A stretch of DNA of 64,000 nucleotides from a virus. Its lineage: Duplodnaviria; Heunggongvirae; Uroviricota; Caudoviricetes. Position numbers and translations under genes: made by a program. Of this stretch, positions 27,766 to 36,210 are shown one piece after another; within the stretch, counting starts at the first letter, position 1; each line of letters starts with the position of its first letter. Location: the IMG/VR virus record IMGVR_UViG_3300032280_000361. One strand, given 5' to 3'. The notes below the pieces were generated by a model. The model ran no database searches and had not been told where the DNA came from. It worked only from the letters and a program-made list of their open reading frames with translations.

Positions 27766-30700
27766 TTAGTTAAATAAGTATCTAACTCCCAATTGAATTT
27801 GGAAACGAGAACCAAATCCTACGTTATCTCTGAATGAATCAGTAAACGGAACTTTGTTTCTACCATCTAAATAAGGGAATGAGAAAATAGGTGTCTTACC
27901 ATCAGTATCCAATTTAACAAAGTTAAGTGGAGTTGTTGTGATAGGAACTTGTTGAATACCTAAATCCTTAGATATGAAATTTGTAAAGTTGTAAACATCA
28001 GCTGTGAATCTTAAAGTGTGCTTTGATTCCTTTACTTTGATATAGAAATCTTGTGTAAAGTTCAAATCCAATCTGTTAACCCAAGGTAACACTAATCCTT
28101 GTCTTTCACTCATCATACCTCTACGAGAGTTTAAGTATGGATTGTTTGAAATGAAAGCATCTAATTGATTCCACAATTCAGTTTGTGTTCTTGTATCAGC
28201 TACACCACTTACAGCAGATGCATTGGTTAATTTAATTTGAGATGCATCTTTAGGAACGAAGATTAAATCGTTACCATTGAAACCATCATTATTAATATCA
28301 CCACCATATGTGTAAGAAAGAGAAGATTGAAGAGCGTTAGGAGAAGCTTCATATAATAAACCAATTGAAGTTCTTGTGTTCTTAATCAATTCTTTACCAT
28401 AGTTCACACTAGCAATAATTCTATGAGGTAGGTAGTTATTTGATAAACCTTCCTCAAAGTTGTTAGGGTTAGTACCAGTTGGTCTAGCTCCCCACATTGT
28501 AAATGCAGTTGAACCATTGATTGTAGCATCGGTTGCAGTTTGACGAGTATAAGAAGCGGTTACCGCTAAATCTTTAAATTGTCTTTGTACCTGCAACGTT
28601 CCAAATAAAGTATAACCAATGTTTGCATTAGTCATATAAATTGCGTTACCGATGTTTGGATTTTGTGCAGTTTGTGCCGCTCCAGTTGCATCGTAAACTG
28701 AACGTTTAACGAAACGAATTCTACCATCACTTAATGTTGTGTTACCCTCTGAAGGTAATGCAACGTTTTGGAATACAGTAGCATTGATGTTCTTAATATA
28801 AGTTCCTTCCGCAGTTACTGTCCATCCTAATACTTTCCTATCAACTGCTAATGTAGATTTCCAAACTTGTGGGAATTTGTAATTAGGGTCAGTTACATTA
28901 AGAGAATATGATTTAGATAATCCAGATGTTGGGGTTGGTCTATACTTATCGATATCAGGTGAGAACATATATCCTGTTCCGTTTGTAATAGAACCAAACA
29001 ATGCCATACCACTATTAGATGCCTGATTTGAAATCCATACGAATGGAGGAGGGCCCTGGAATAATCCCGTACCACCTCTTACTTGAGTTGTTAAATCATC
29101 AAACACATCCCAGTTGAAACCAACTCTAGGAGAGATTTGTAATGAAGCCTTAGGTGCTAAACCTGTGTTCAAATTAACTCCACCATAAAATTTATCCAAC
29201 CCATCAACTACCGGATTGTAAAGGAAATTATCAGCAAAAGAAACATAATCAGCTCTAACGCCATAGGTTAAAGTTAGATTATCTTTTACTCTGAATTTAT
29301 CCTGTGCGAATAAACTTAATTCAGTATTCTTTGGTCCAACTAATGGGAAACCACCACTTAAAGAATATGATAAATCATAAACTGCCGCTGCTTTCTTTCC
29401 ATCTGCTGAAGCATAGAAATCAGCTAAACTATTAAAACGATATGCACCTGCAAATGAAGGTGAGAATCCGTTTGAATATTGTTTGAATGAATTTTGCGTT
29501 CCGAATGTAAATTCGTGCTTACCTTTGTATAAATTGAAAATGTTATTCACTTGAATTACATCGGTATTCAATACGTTACCGTATGTAAATCTTTCAAAAC
29601 CGAAAGTTGTATAAGGTAAACCATTGCCATCTAAGATATCCACTTGTGGGAAATTACCATCACTCAATGAGCTTCTGAAATCTCTTAATTGTGTAAATCC
29701 GATTTGTAATTTGTTGTTAGCTGAATTAGAGAAACGAGTATTTAATTCTCCAATTAAGATATCGGCGTTGTTGTTAATTACATAACCACTACCAAAGAAA
29801 GGTAATGCAGTAACTCCTGGTCTTCTACCATTAGATGAGTTAATTGAACCACTATTAGAAGCAGGAATATCAGCTGAAGAACGTAACATTGTATATTTCA
29901 ATGAGAACGAATTCTTATCGTTAATATTCCAATCCAACTTACCAGTCAATCTTTGTGATTTTGAACCATACTGATAACCTTGATATGAACCAGGGTTGTA
30001 TCCGTATTTTTCAATTAAGAACTTTTGTAAAGCATCTAAATCAGCTGCTTTAGCTTGTGAGATATTGATACCATTTGGAGTGTTATTAGCATCAGATGCT
30101 ATCCATTGTGTACCAGGTTCCATTCTTTCTTCTTGCTCACCATTTACAAAGAAGAACAATTTGTTTTTGATAATTGCTCCACCTGCTGTAAATCCTTTCA
30201 AGTCATAAGTGAATGGTTGTTCCGGTAATGTAATATCACCTACTTTGTAACCCTGTAAATCTTTGTTTTTAAAGTATTGATAAACCGAACCAAATGATTG
30301 ATTCTTACCACTACGAGTAACTGTATTCACCGAACCACCAGCGAATCCACCATACTTTACATCAAAAGGAGAAACGTTTACTTGTATCTGCTCAACTGCA
30401 TCTAATGAAATTGGTTGTGCCCCTGTCTGTCCACCTAACGTTCCATCTCCTAAACCAAAAGAGTTGTTGAAGTTAGCACCATCCAAAGTAACGTTGTTTA
30501 ATTGAGAACTCATACCACCGAATGATAAGTTGTTCTGAGAAGGAACTAATTTTACTAAATCTTTCCAACTTCTATTAACGTTTGGAACTCCTTCGATTAA
30601 TTTTCTACTGATAATCTCTTGAGAACCATTACGACTAGAGTTGAATACTTTACTTTGACCAGATGTAACCACCACTTCTTGTAAATCTGTAGTACTCTCT

Positions 30701-31026
30701 TTTAACGTAAAATTAGATTTGTGTGTTTGTCCCAATAACAATGTAACATCGCTTTCAGTTTCAGTTTTGAAACCAACGAATGAAACAGTAATTGAGTAAG
30801 GTCCACCGATTTTTAGGTTAGGAAGGTTATAACGTCCATCAATACGAGTTGAAGTACCATACTTCGTACCCGTAGGTTGGTGAACAGCTACAACAGTCAC
30901 ACCTGGCAATCCAGCTTTACCGTCAGAAATCAATCCCTGAATTTCAGAAGTTGTCTCTTGTGCGTTTGCTCCTAATGATACTAATGTAATCATTATCAAG
31001 AGGAGAAATTTTCCGATTTTTTTCAT
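27766..31026 (-). CDS. TonB-dependent receptor (Oar-type, N-terminal carboxypeptidase-regulatory-like domain)
   Basis: Signal peptide; LQEVVVT TonB-box-like; LDGANFNNSFG, SPFDVKYGGFAGGSVNTVTRSG plug; SPRVGFNWD; C-terminal QLGVRYLF; start placed at MKKIG. Confidence 0.92.
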   Translation of the reverse strand: MKKIGKFLLLIMITLVSLGANAQETTSEIQGLISDGKAGLPGVTVVAVHQPTGTKYGTSTRIDGRYNLPNLKIGGPYSITVSFVGFKTETESDVTLLLGQTHKSNFTLKESTTDLQEVVVTSGQSKVFNSSRNGSQEIISRKLIEGVPNVNRSWKDLVKLVPSQNNLSFGGMSSQLNNVTLDGANFNNSFGLGDGTLGGQTGAQPISLDAVEQIQVNVSPFDVKYGGFAGGSVNTVTRSGKNQSFGSVYQYFKNKDLQGYKVGDITLPEQPFTYDLKGFTAGGAIIKNKLFFFVNGEQEERMEPGTQWIASDANNTPNGINISQAKAADLDALQKFLIEKYGYNPGSYQGYQYGSKSQRLTGKLDWNINDKNSFSLKYTMLRSSADIPASNSGSINSSNGRRPGVTALPFFGSGYVINNNADILIGELNTRFSNSANNKLQIGFTQLRDFRSSLSDGNFPQVDILDGNGLPYTTFGFERFTYGNVLNTDVIQVNNIFNLYKGKHEFTFGTQNSFKQYSNGFSPSFAGAYRFNSLADFYASADGKKAAAVYDLSYSLSGGFPLVGPKNTELSLFAQDKFRVKDNLTLTYGVRADYVSFADNFLYNPVVDGLDKFYGGVNLNTGLAPKASLQISPRVGFNWDVFDDLTTQVRGGTGLFQGPPPFVWISNQASNSGMALFGSITNGTGYMFSPDIDKYRPTPTSGLSKSYSLNVTDPNYKFPQVWKSTLAVDRKVLGWTVTAEGTYIKNINATVFQNVALPSEGNTTLSDGRIRFVKRSVYDATGAAQTAQNPNIGNAIYMTNANIGYTLFGTLQVQRQFKDLAVTASYTRQTATDATINGSTAFTMWGARPTGTNPNNFEEGLSNNYLPHRIIASVNYGKELIKNTRTSIGLLYEASPNALQSSLSYTYGGDINNDGFNGNDLIFVPKDASQIKLTNASAVSGVADTRTQTELWNQLDAFISNNPYLNSRRGMMSERQGLVLPWVNRLDLNFTQDFYIKVKESKHTLRFTADVYNFTNFISKDLGIQQVPITTTPLNFVKLDTDGKTPIFSFPYLDGRNKVPFTDSFRDNVGFGSRFQIQLGVRYLFN

Positions 31027-31063
31027 GTGTTTTTTGTTTTTGTTTAATTGTTTATGTGTATAT

Positions 31064-31097
31064 AAAAATAAAGGGTGAGGGATACACTCCCCCACCC
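31064..31097 (-). terminator. Intrinsic terminator inside the receptor 5' leader
   Basis: GGGTGGGGGA-GTGTA-TCCCTCACCC then TTTATTTTT. Confidence 0.7.
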
Positions 31098-31107
31098 AGT
31101 TGGTTTA

Positions 31108-31194
31108 CTAATTTGTCTGTTCCTGCAAAGAGGACAGAATACTTCGGTTTAAACTATAATTTTCCTTAAAATTCACTAATAATAAAATATTCAT
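31108..31194 (-). CDS. Possible 28-aa leader peptide
   Basis: MNILLLVNFKENYSLNRSILSSLQEQTN between promoter and leader terminator. Confidence 0.3.
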   Translation of the reverse strand: MNILLLVNFKENYSLNRSILSSLQEQTN

Positions 31195-31203
31195 ATATAA
31201 CCA

Positions 31204-31235
31204 CAAAGATACGAAAATTGTTTTAAATTTCCAAA
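31204..31235 (-). promoter_or_regulatory. Consensus Bacteroidota primary-sigma promoter
   Basis: TTTG-N20-TATCTTTG. Confidence 0.8.
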
Positions 31236-31255
31236 TCTTTTTTCAAAAATAAGTA

Positions 31256-32005
31256 TTAATTTTTTTCTTTTAAATCGTATGGTTGCTTAGTTTCCTCATC
31301 AAACCAATACAAACTTCTATGAGGAGGGTCATCTTCTTTATGAGTAGCATCTGATACATAATAGAACAATCTGAACCCATCCCTAGTAATGTGCTCCGGA
31401 CAATTTAAATGGTTAGGATGTCCATGAAATGCGTTCTTTTCGTGTTGCCAGATAACCATATTACCATTTGATGGGTAATATTTTGTTACACATTCTTTCC
31501 TATCTTTATCCCACAATTGTATATCTCCATTCCAACTTTTTTCCCACTCAGGATTAAGATATATTACCAATGTTAACTTTCTGTGAAGTTTTAACTTTTC
31601 GTTCCAATTGAAATCAGAATGAACCTGCAGAGAATCTCCTCGATAACATCTCATATAAGATGCTCCAACTAACCAAGGGTCTGGAATTAATCCATCGATA
31701 CCAGTTACTCTTTCCAACCAATTTACAAAATACTTAGAATGTAAATCTCCTATTAGATTATGTGCAATCGGACAAATATCACCCGCTTCACATAGTTCTA
31801 CCATATGAGAACCATTCCTAGTAAAATTCTTTAATAGATTATTATGTTTTCTATAAGAATCCGTAATCTCATTCTTCATACTAAGAACTGATTCGGAGTC
31901 TAAGAAATTTGGAATTTCTAAATTGGGAAATGGTAGGTTTGATATGAACCCCTTATTGAGGGATTCATAATCACTATACCTTTCCAAAAAAGAAGAGATA
32001 ACCAT
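31256..32005 (-). CDS. 2OG-Fe(II) oxygenase
   Basis: HSD, LVIYLN..W, FHG, distal R. Confidence 0.85.
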   Translation of the reverse strand: MVISSFLERYSDYESLNKGFISNLPFPNLEIPNFLDSESVLSMKNEITDSYRKHNNLLKNFTRNGSHMVELCEAGDICPIAHNLIGDLHSKYFVNWLERVTGIDGLIPDPWLVGASYMRCYRGDSLQVHSDFNWNEKLKLHRKLTLVIYLNPEWEKSWNGDIQLWDKDRKECVTKYYPSNGNMVIWQHEKNAFHGHPNHLNCPEHITRDGFRLFYYVSDATHKEDDPPHRSLYWFDEETKQPYDLKEKN

Positions 32006-32014
32006 ATTGGTATC

Positions 32015-32263
32015 TTACTTCTTTGTAGTTTTCTTAGCAGTTGGTGCTTTTGGAGTTTTAACTGCTTTAACAGCTTTCTCAGCAACAGCTTTAACTTTTT
32101 CCACTTTAGCTTTTACTTCCTTAACTTTAACAACTACCTCTTCTACCTTTTCTTCGATAGCATCAGGAATGTTGTTGTTGTTAGCATCTTTAACCTTACC
32201 GGTTTTCATTGCTAAGAATAAAGCCAATGCTGCAATAGCAATTACAATAATGAATGTTGTCAT
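32015..32263 (-). CDS. Membrane-anchored protein with Lys/Ala/Val-rich tail
   Basis: N-terminal TM, DANNNNIPD, basic tail. Confidence 0.6.
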   Translation of the reverse strand: MTTFIIVIAIAALALFLAMKTGKVKDANNNNIPDAIEEKVEEVVVKVKEVKAKVEKVKAVAEKAVKAVKTPKAPTAKKTTKK

Positions 32264-32301
32264 TTTTTTGTTTTTTAGTTATAAATGTAAATATAAGTAT
32301 A

Positions 32302-32616
32302 TTATTTTTTCACAAAAGTTAATCCAAAGAATTCATAATTTAAGTGTACTGATTTCTCATCACCTGATATAATCGCTTCTTTTTCATCTGAATATATCGC
32401 ATCCTCAGGACACTCAGGTACACATGCACCGCAATTAATACACACCGATGGGTCTATATATAATTGCTTTCCCACCTTATCTTCTACACTCATTCCTTCT
32501 AACTCATATCCTTCTCCGGTGGGGTTAATTGGTCCATGAATACAATCAACGGGACAAACCTTTAAACAACTTCCATCTATACAACTTACACATTTGTCCC
32601 CAATTATAAAACTCAT
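32302..32616 (-). CDS. Dicluster ferredoxin
   Basis: CVSCIDGSCLKVCP and CINCGACVPECP. Confidence 0.9.
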   Translation of the reverse strand: MSFIIGDKCVSCIDGSCLKVCPVDCIHGPINPTGEGYELEGMSVEDKVGKQLYIDPSVCINCGACVPECPEDAIYSDEKEAIISGDEKSVHLNYEFFGLTFVKK

Positions 32617-33050
32617 TGTTTACCATTTAAAAGCCAAGAGGAAGATTGAATCTTATCTCCTAACCCATCAGCTAATTCGATACCTAATTCTTTACACAAT
32701 TCAGTTTCTCCGATTGTATCCCGATTTTGGTCTCCACCATTAGCAAAGATAACTCTATCAAATTCATCTCCTCTCCAATTCATAATGAACTTAATAGATT
32801 CGTTAACAGTTCTTTCAGTGTCTACCGCAACCATAGCCGCATCTACACACCTAAGAGATTGGATTATAGTTTTTCTCTCTTCCTCCAACATAAATGGTTT
32901 AGAGCCTTTCATTTCCCTTTGCTTATCGTTATTAACAATCACAAAAAGGAAATCTCCTAATCCTTTACTCTTTGTTAAATACTCTATGTGTCCACTATGT
33001 AATGGGTTAAAATACCCACTAACTATTACCAATGTTTTATTCTTCTCCAT
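32613..33050 (-). CDS. Cytidylyl/adenylyltransferase (HIGH-motif; TagD/RfaE-II-like)
   Basis: SGYFNPLHSGH, FANGGD, KIQSSS. Confidence 0.85.
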   Translation of the reverse strand: MEKNKTLVIVSGYFNPLHSGHIEYLTKSKGLGDFLFVIVNNDKQREMKGSKPFMLEEERKTIIQSLRCVDAAMVAVDTERTVNESIKFIMNWRGDEFDRVIFANGGDQNRDTIGETELCKELGIELADGLGDKIQSSSWLLNGKQ

Positions 33051-33285
33051 ATAATGAATACTTAGTTACTTCTTTCTGAACTTCTATTTTTTGTTCTGTA
33101 CATACAACTCCTTTACGAGCATATACTTTGAAATCAGTTACTCCGCTTTGACCGAATACAAAATCCAAACCAGCAGTTAGATTGGGGAACAACTTCTTTC
33201 CATCAGTTGTTTCCCATCTATCTCCAGGAGGAACTCTTGTCAGAACGGTCTTTTCTTCAATTTTTTCCTCTGTTTCTGAATACAT
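33037..33285 (-). CDS. Hypothetical protein
   Basis: 82 aa ORF, RVPPGDRW motif. Confidence 0.6.
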   Translation of the reverse strand: MYSETEEKIEEKTVLTRVPPGDRWETTDGKKLFPNLTAGLDFVFGQSGVTDFKVYARKGVVCTEQKIEVQKEVTKYSLYGEE

Positions 33286-33287
33286 AA

Positions 33288-33509
33288 TTAATCAATTACT
33301 TGAATGATTTTAGATTCTCTAGCACCTGTAACTTCGTAATCCAATTGTACACCAGATTCTTCAAATTGTTTAACTACTCTAGCTTCTGCTTCCGTAACGG
33401 TCATTGCATCTACTAAATAGTTTTCCTTTACTTTCTTAATTTTTGTACCACCTTTACCACCATCTACTTCATGATGAACTGATACTGTAACTTCAAAATA
33501 CTTTGCCAT
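33288..33509 (-). CDS. DUF4494-like protein (Bacteroidota-associated family)
   Basis: KKVKENYLVDAMTVTEAEARV. Confidence 0.7.
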   Translation of the reverse strand: MAKYFEVTVSVHHEVDGGKGGTKIKKVKENYLVDAMTVTEAEARVVKQFEESGVQLDYEVTGARESKIIQVID

Positions 33510-33533
33510 AATTTTAATTTTAAATTGTTTCTA

Positions 33534-33565
33534 CAAATATACGAAAAAAATCCCAAACTACCAAA
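33534..33565 (-). promoter_or_regulatory. Consensus Bacteroidota primary-sigma promoter
   Basis: TTTG-N20-TATATTTG. Confidence 0.8.
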
Positions 33566-33569
33566 TGTT

Positions 33570-33725
33570 TTACCTATTATGATAAATAAATGGGTCTCTT
33601 TTTCTTAGTTCTTCTAACTTTTTTTGGAATTCAACTTCCAATTCAGCTCTTCGTTTCTCTCTTTCCTTTTCCTCTTTAGTTTTGATACCTAAAGACTTAC
33701 GGATTTTTTCAATTAGTTTTTTCAT
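33570..33725 (-). CDS. Small charged protein (51 aa, not in ORF track)
   Basis: MKKLIEKIRKSLG..KKLEELRKRDPFIYHNR; ATGA overlap with upstream gene. Confidence 0.65.
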   Translation of the reverse strand: MKKLIEKIRKSLGIKTKEEKEREKRRAELEVEFQKKLEELRKRDPFIYHNR

Positions 33726-34558
33726 ATTATATTTTTATTTAATATTATCTTAGATGGTTTTAGTTTTTCATCTAAGAATTCCTTTAATAATTTAGCATAT
33801 TCAATGTGTCCAAAATATCCTGGATGCCCATCGTTACTATATCCATTTAATTCAGCTTTAATCGTTTTATCGTTATCATGACACCAAGTCGCAATATCGT
33901 AATTACTCAAATCTATTCTGAATTTAACCACATCATTTGGCTCAAAACAATCCTTAAAATATACATCGTTCCCAGTCATCACTTTTATACCAATCCCATT
34001 CTGTTTACAAAATGAATATAGTCCTACGAATTCTCTTTCTACTTTTAACCAATGTTCCTTCATATTAAAATGATTTCCAAACCACTTTTCAAAATATCCC
34101 CTATGTAAAGCATCCTCTCTTTCCAATTCTTTATCGAAATAGGCTCTCGTCGCTGAATTAAACTGATTTGTTTCCTTTACACCATCATACCAAGAGTTTA
34201 CAATATAGTAAGATTCGGTTTTATTAAAGTACACCTCACTTCTACTCGCATCAGGTTTCTCCAATATAAGAAGTAATTTGTTTCTCCTATCCCAATTCTC
34301 CAAAAGGAAGTTATAAGTCATCCTCACAACCCTATCTGTCCCTCCTCCCGATTCCGCCTCATTGATGTATGGAATTCCTATTAACTCACTTAATCGGTTC
34401 GCAAAATTGATTTCTGCCCTATCCTTCCACTTAATCCCATATAGTTTCTCATATATCGGCATTACGGATTCACCTTTTAAGGTAGGTTCTTCTAATCCAC
34501 CACCCTGACAATGTGAACATCCATTTACATATATCAATTCGTATCCTTTGTAACTCAT
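33722..34558 (-). CDS. SGNH/GDSL-like protein
   Basis: NGCSH, NEAESGGG, DGHPG..GH; start placed at MSYKG. Confidence 0.65.
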   Translation of the reverse strand: MSYKGYELIYVNGCSHCQGGGLEEPTLKGESVMPIYEKLYGIKWKDRAEINFANRLSELIGIPYINEAESGGGTDRVVRMTYNFLLENWDRRNKLLLILEKPDASRSEVYFNKTESYYIVNSWYDGVKETNQFNSATRAYFDKELEREDALHRGYFEKWFGNHFNMKEHWLKVEREFVGLYSFCKQNGIGIKVMTGNDVYFKDCFEPNDVVKFRIDLSNYDIATWCHDNDKTIKAELNGYSNDGHPGYFGHIEYAKLLKEFLDEKLKPSKIILNKNII

Positions 34559-34559
34559 A

Positions 34560-35210
34560 TTATTTGTGTATATATTGATAATCCCACGCATCCTTCTTTA
34601 CGTTCCTCATCGCCTTTCCGAACAGGTCTCCGTTTATCTGAAACCAACAATTATAACACAACATTCTAAGGTTATCGTATTTGTGGTTTCTTCTGTTTCC
34701 GTCCATATAATCCAAAAGAAGTGGAACTTTATTATCCGTTACTCTCGGTTCATCGTATCCACAATTGGCACAGACTTGAGGCATATATCCCGAAGATAAC
34801 AATCTTTTTTTTAATTTCCAATTCGGATATGAAGGATTGTTTCCCTCCAATATGTTTTCCAACGCCCAACTCTTTCTCCCTTTGTTTAGTTTCTTAATCC
34901 CTACCCCAGCTTCATTCTTACAATTCTCAAATACCCCATACATCTTAGCATACTTCTTATAGGTTGGATAACTCACCCCCAATAAACGGGCACAATGTTT
35001 AGCCGATTGAGCCTGTTTCTGCATATCCTCTATTTCCGATTGTAATAGTTGACGTGATAATCTACCCTGTCTTAGGATTCCCCCAACCGGTTTATCAACT
35101 CTGTTTCTCTCCGCTTCTTCTTTGGCTAATTTGTCGTAGTAATCTTTGTAATTGGCGTTTGTGATAAACACCTTTTCGACCTTTTTGTCGTCTTCTTCAT
35201 TTTCACTCAT
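34560..35210 (-). CDS. HTH plus degenerate HNH-like zinc-binding domain protein
   Basis: ARLLGVSYPTYKK; CANCG..LDYMDGNRRN..NLRMLCYNC. Confidence 0.7.
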   Translation of the reverse strand: MSENEEDDKKVEKVFITNANYKDYYDKLAKEEAERNRVDKPVGGILRQGRLSRQLLQSEIEDMQKQAQSAKHCARLLGVSYPTYKKYAKMYGVFENCKNEAGVGIKKLNKGRKSWALENILEGNNPSYPNWKLKKRLLSSGYMPQVCANCGYDEPRVTDNKVPLLLDYMDGNRRNHKYDNLRMLCYNCWFQINGDLFGKAMRNVKKDAWDYQYIHK

Positions 35211-35255
35211 AACATATACCTTTATGATATATATCGTGTGGGTGAAAATTACACT

Positions 35256-35345
35256 CTAAAATTGACGACTATCTTTGTAGTAGTTGTATATTCCTACTCC
35301 GGCTGCTATGATAATCAATTGTAGTTTTATTAAGAGTAGTTTCAT
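35256..35345 (-). CDS. Possible 29-aa membrane peptide
   Basis: MKLLLIKLQLIIIAAGVGIYNYYKDSRQF, ATGA-coupled to upstream gene. Confidence 0.4.
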   Translation of the reverse strand: MKLLLIKLQLIIIAAGVGIYNYYKDSRQF

Positions 35346-35551
35346 TCTATTCCACTAAGTTTAAGAAACTCTTTATCATTGAATGTTACCTTCTCAGAGT
35401 AGAACTTTTGCATCATCTTATCAGCAATCTCTTTTCTGTTATCCATATCATTTACCATAAGGAGTATTTCAGCTACACCTACAACCATATCTCTATCGAA
35501 ATCATGATTCGGTTCTTCAACTTCTTTTAGTAAATTATTAAGTCTTAACAT
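35342..35551 (-). CDS. Small protein with MLRLxxLLxE leader
   Basis: MLRLNNLLKE. Confidence 0.6.
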   Translation of the reverse strand: MLRLNNLLKEVEEPNHDFDRDMVVGVAEILLMVNDMDNRKEIADKMMQKFYSEKVTFNDKEFLKLSGIE

Positions 35552-35569
35552 ATTAATAAGTATCCGCTA

Positions 35570-36016
35570 TCAAAAAATTTTGGTCTTTTTGAGGACTTTT
35601 TTGATAGTATCCCCCCACCCCCTTTTTTTCCATACTCCTTTATCGATTACATAAAAATCATCTGTATTTCTATCAATAAATTGGTAGGTCGCTGATTGTA
35701 GTTCGAACCAACTATCAAGTTCTTCTAATACTACTTTGGGTGAAAATTCACAACAGCTATAAAGGTCAAATTGGAACATCGCAGGATTGGTATTATCCCA
35801 AACGTGGATTGAACCATGTGAAGTTGCCAATGTTACTGTCCCTGTGATACCTTCGTTTCCAGGTTCATTTACATATACTGATGTTGGTCCGGCTACAACC
35901 TTCATTCCGACTGTATTAACTAATTGTGTAAAAAATATATTGAGGATTTTCTCTGTCTTTGGTGGAGTTTTCATATAACCCTTTACCAATAGATGTAAAT
36001 GATTTGGTATAAACAT
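35570..36016 (-). CDS. speD: S-adenosylmethionine decarboxylase proenzyme-like (pyruvoyl)
   Basis: HLL, GITGTVTLATSHGSIHVW, DLYSC. Confidence 0.75.
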   Translation of the reverse strand: MFIPNHLHLLVKGYMKTPPKTEKILNIFFTQLVNTVGMKVVAGPTSVYVNEPGNEGITGTVTLATSHGSIHVWDNTNPAMFQFDLYSCCEFSPKVVLEELDSWFELQSATYQFIDRNTDDFYVIDKGVWKKRGWGDTIKKVLKKTKIF

Positions 36017-36029
36017 TATTTACTCCTCC

Positions 36030-36152
36030 TTATCGCCCTTGACCGCGATATCTTTTTGGTTTTTGTTCTTTTGGACCGTAACCTTTCTTTGCCTTACCGG
36101 TTGTTTTTTTACCGAAAGATAATTTGTTTGATGAACCTACTGACTTTGCCAT
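36030..36152 (-). CDS. Small basic protein (40 aa, not in ORF track)
   Basis: MAKSVGSSNKLSFGKKTTGKAKKGYGPKEQKPKRYRGQGR. Confidence 0.7.
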   Translation of the reverse strand: MAKSVGSSNKLSFGKKTTGKAKKGYGPKEQKPKRYRGQGR

Positions 36153-36210
36153 TTTGTTAAAACGTTTTTAATGATACAATTTAGCATAACCTTTATTTTA
36201 TTATCATATA

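Noticed and set aside
27836-27850. 14/15 match to the ESVNE 15-mer inside the TonB receptor gene
   Set aside because: Opposite orientation and encodes PFTDS; likely chance
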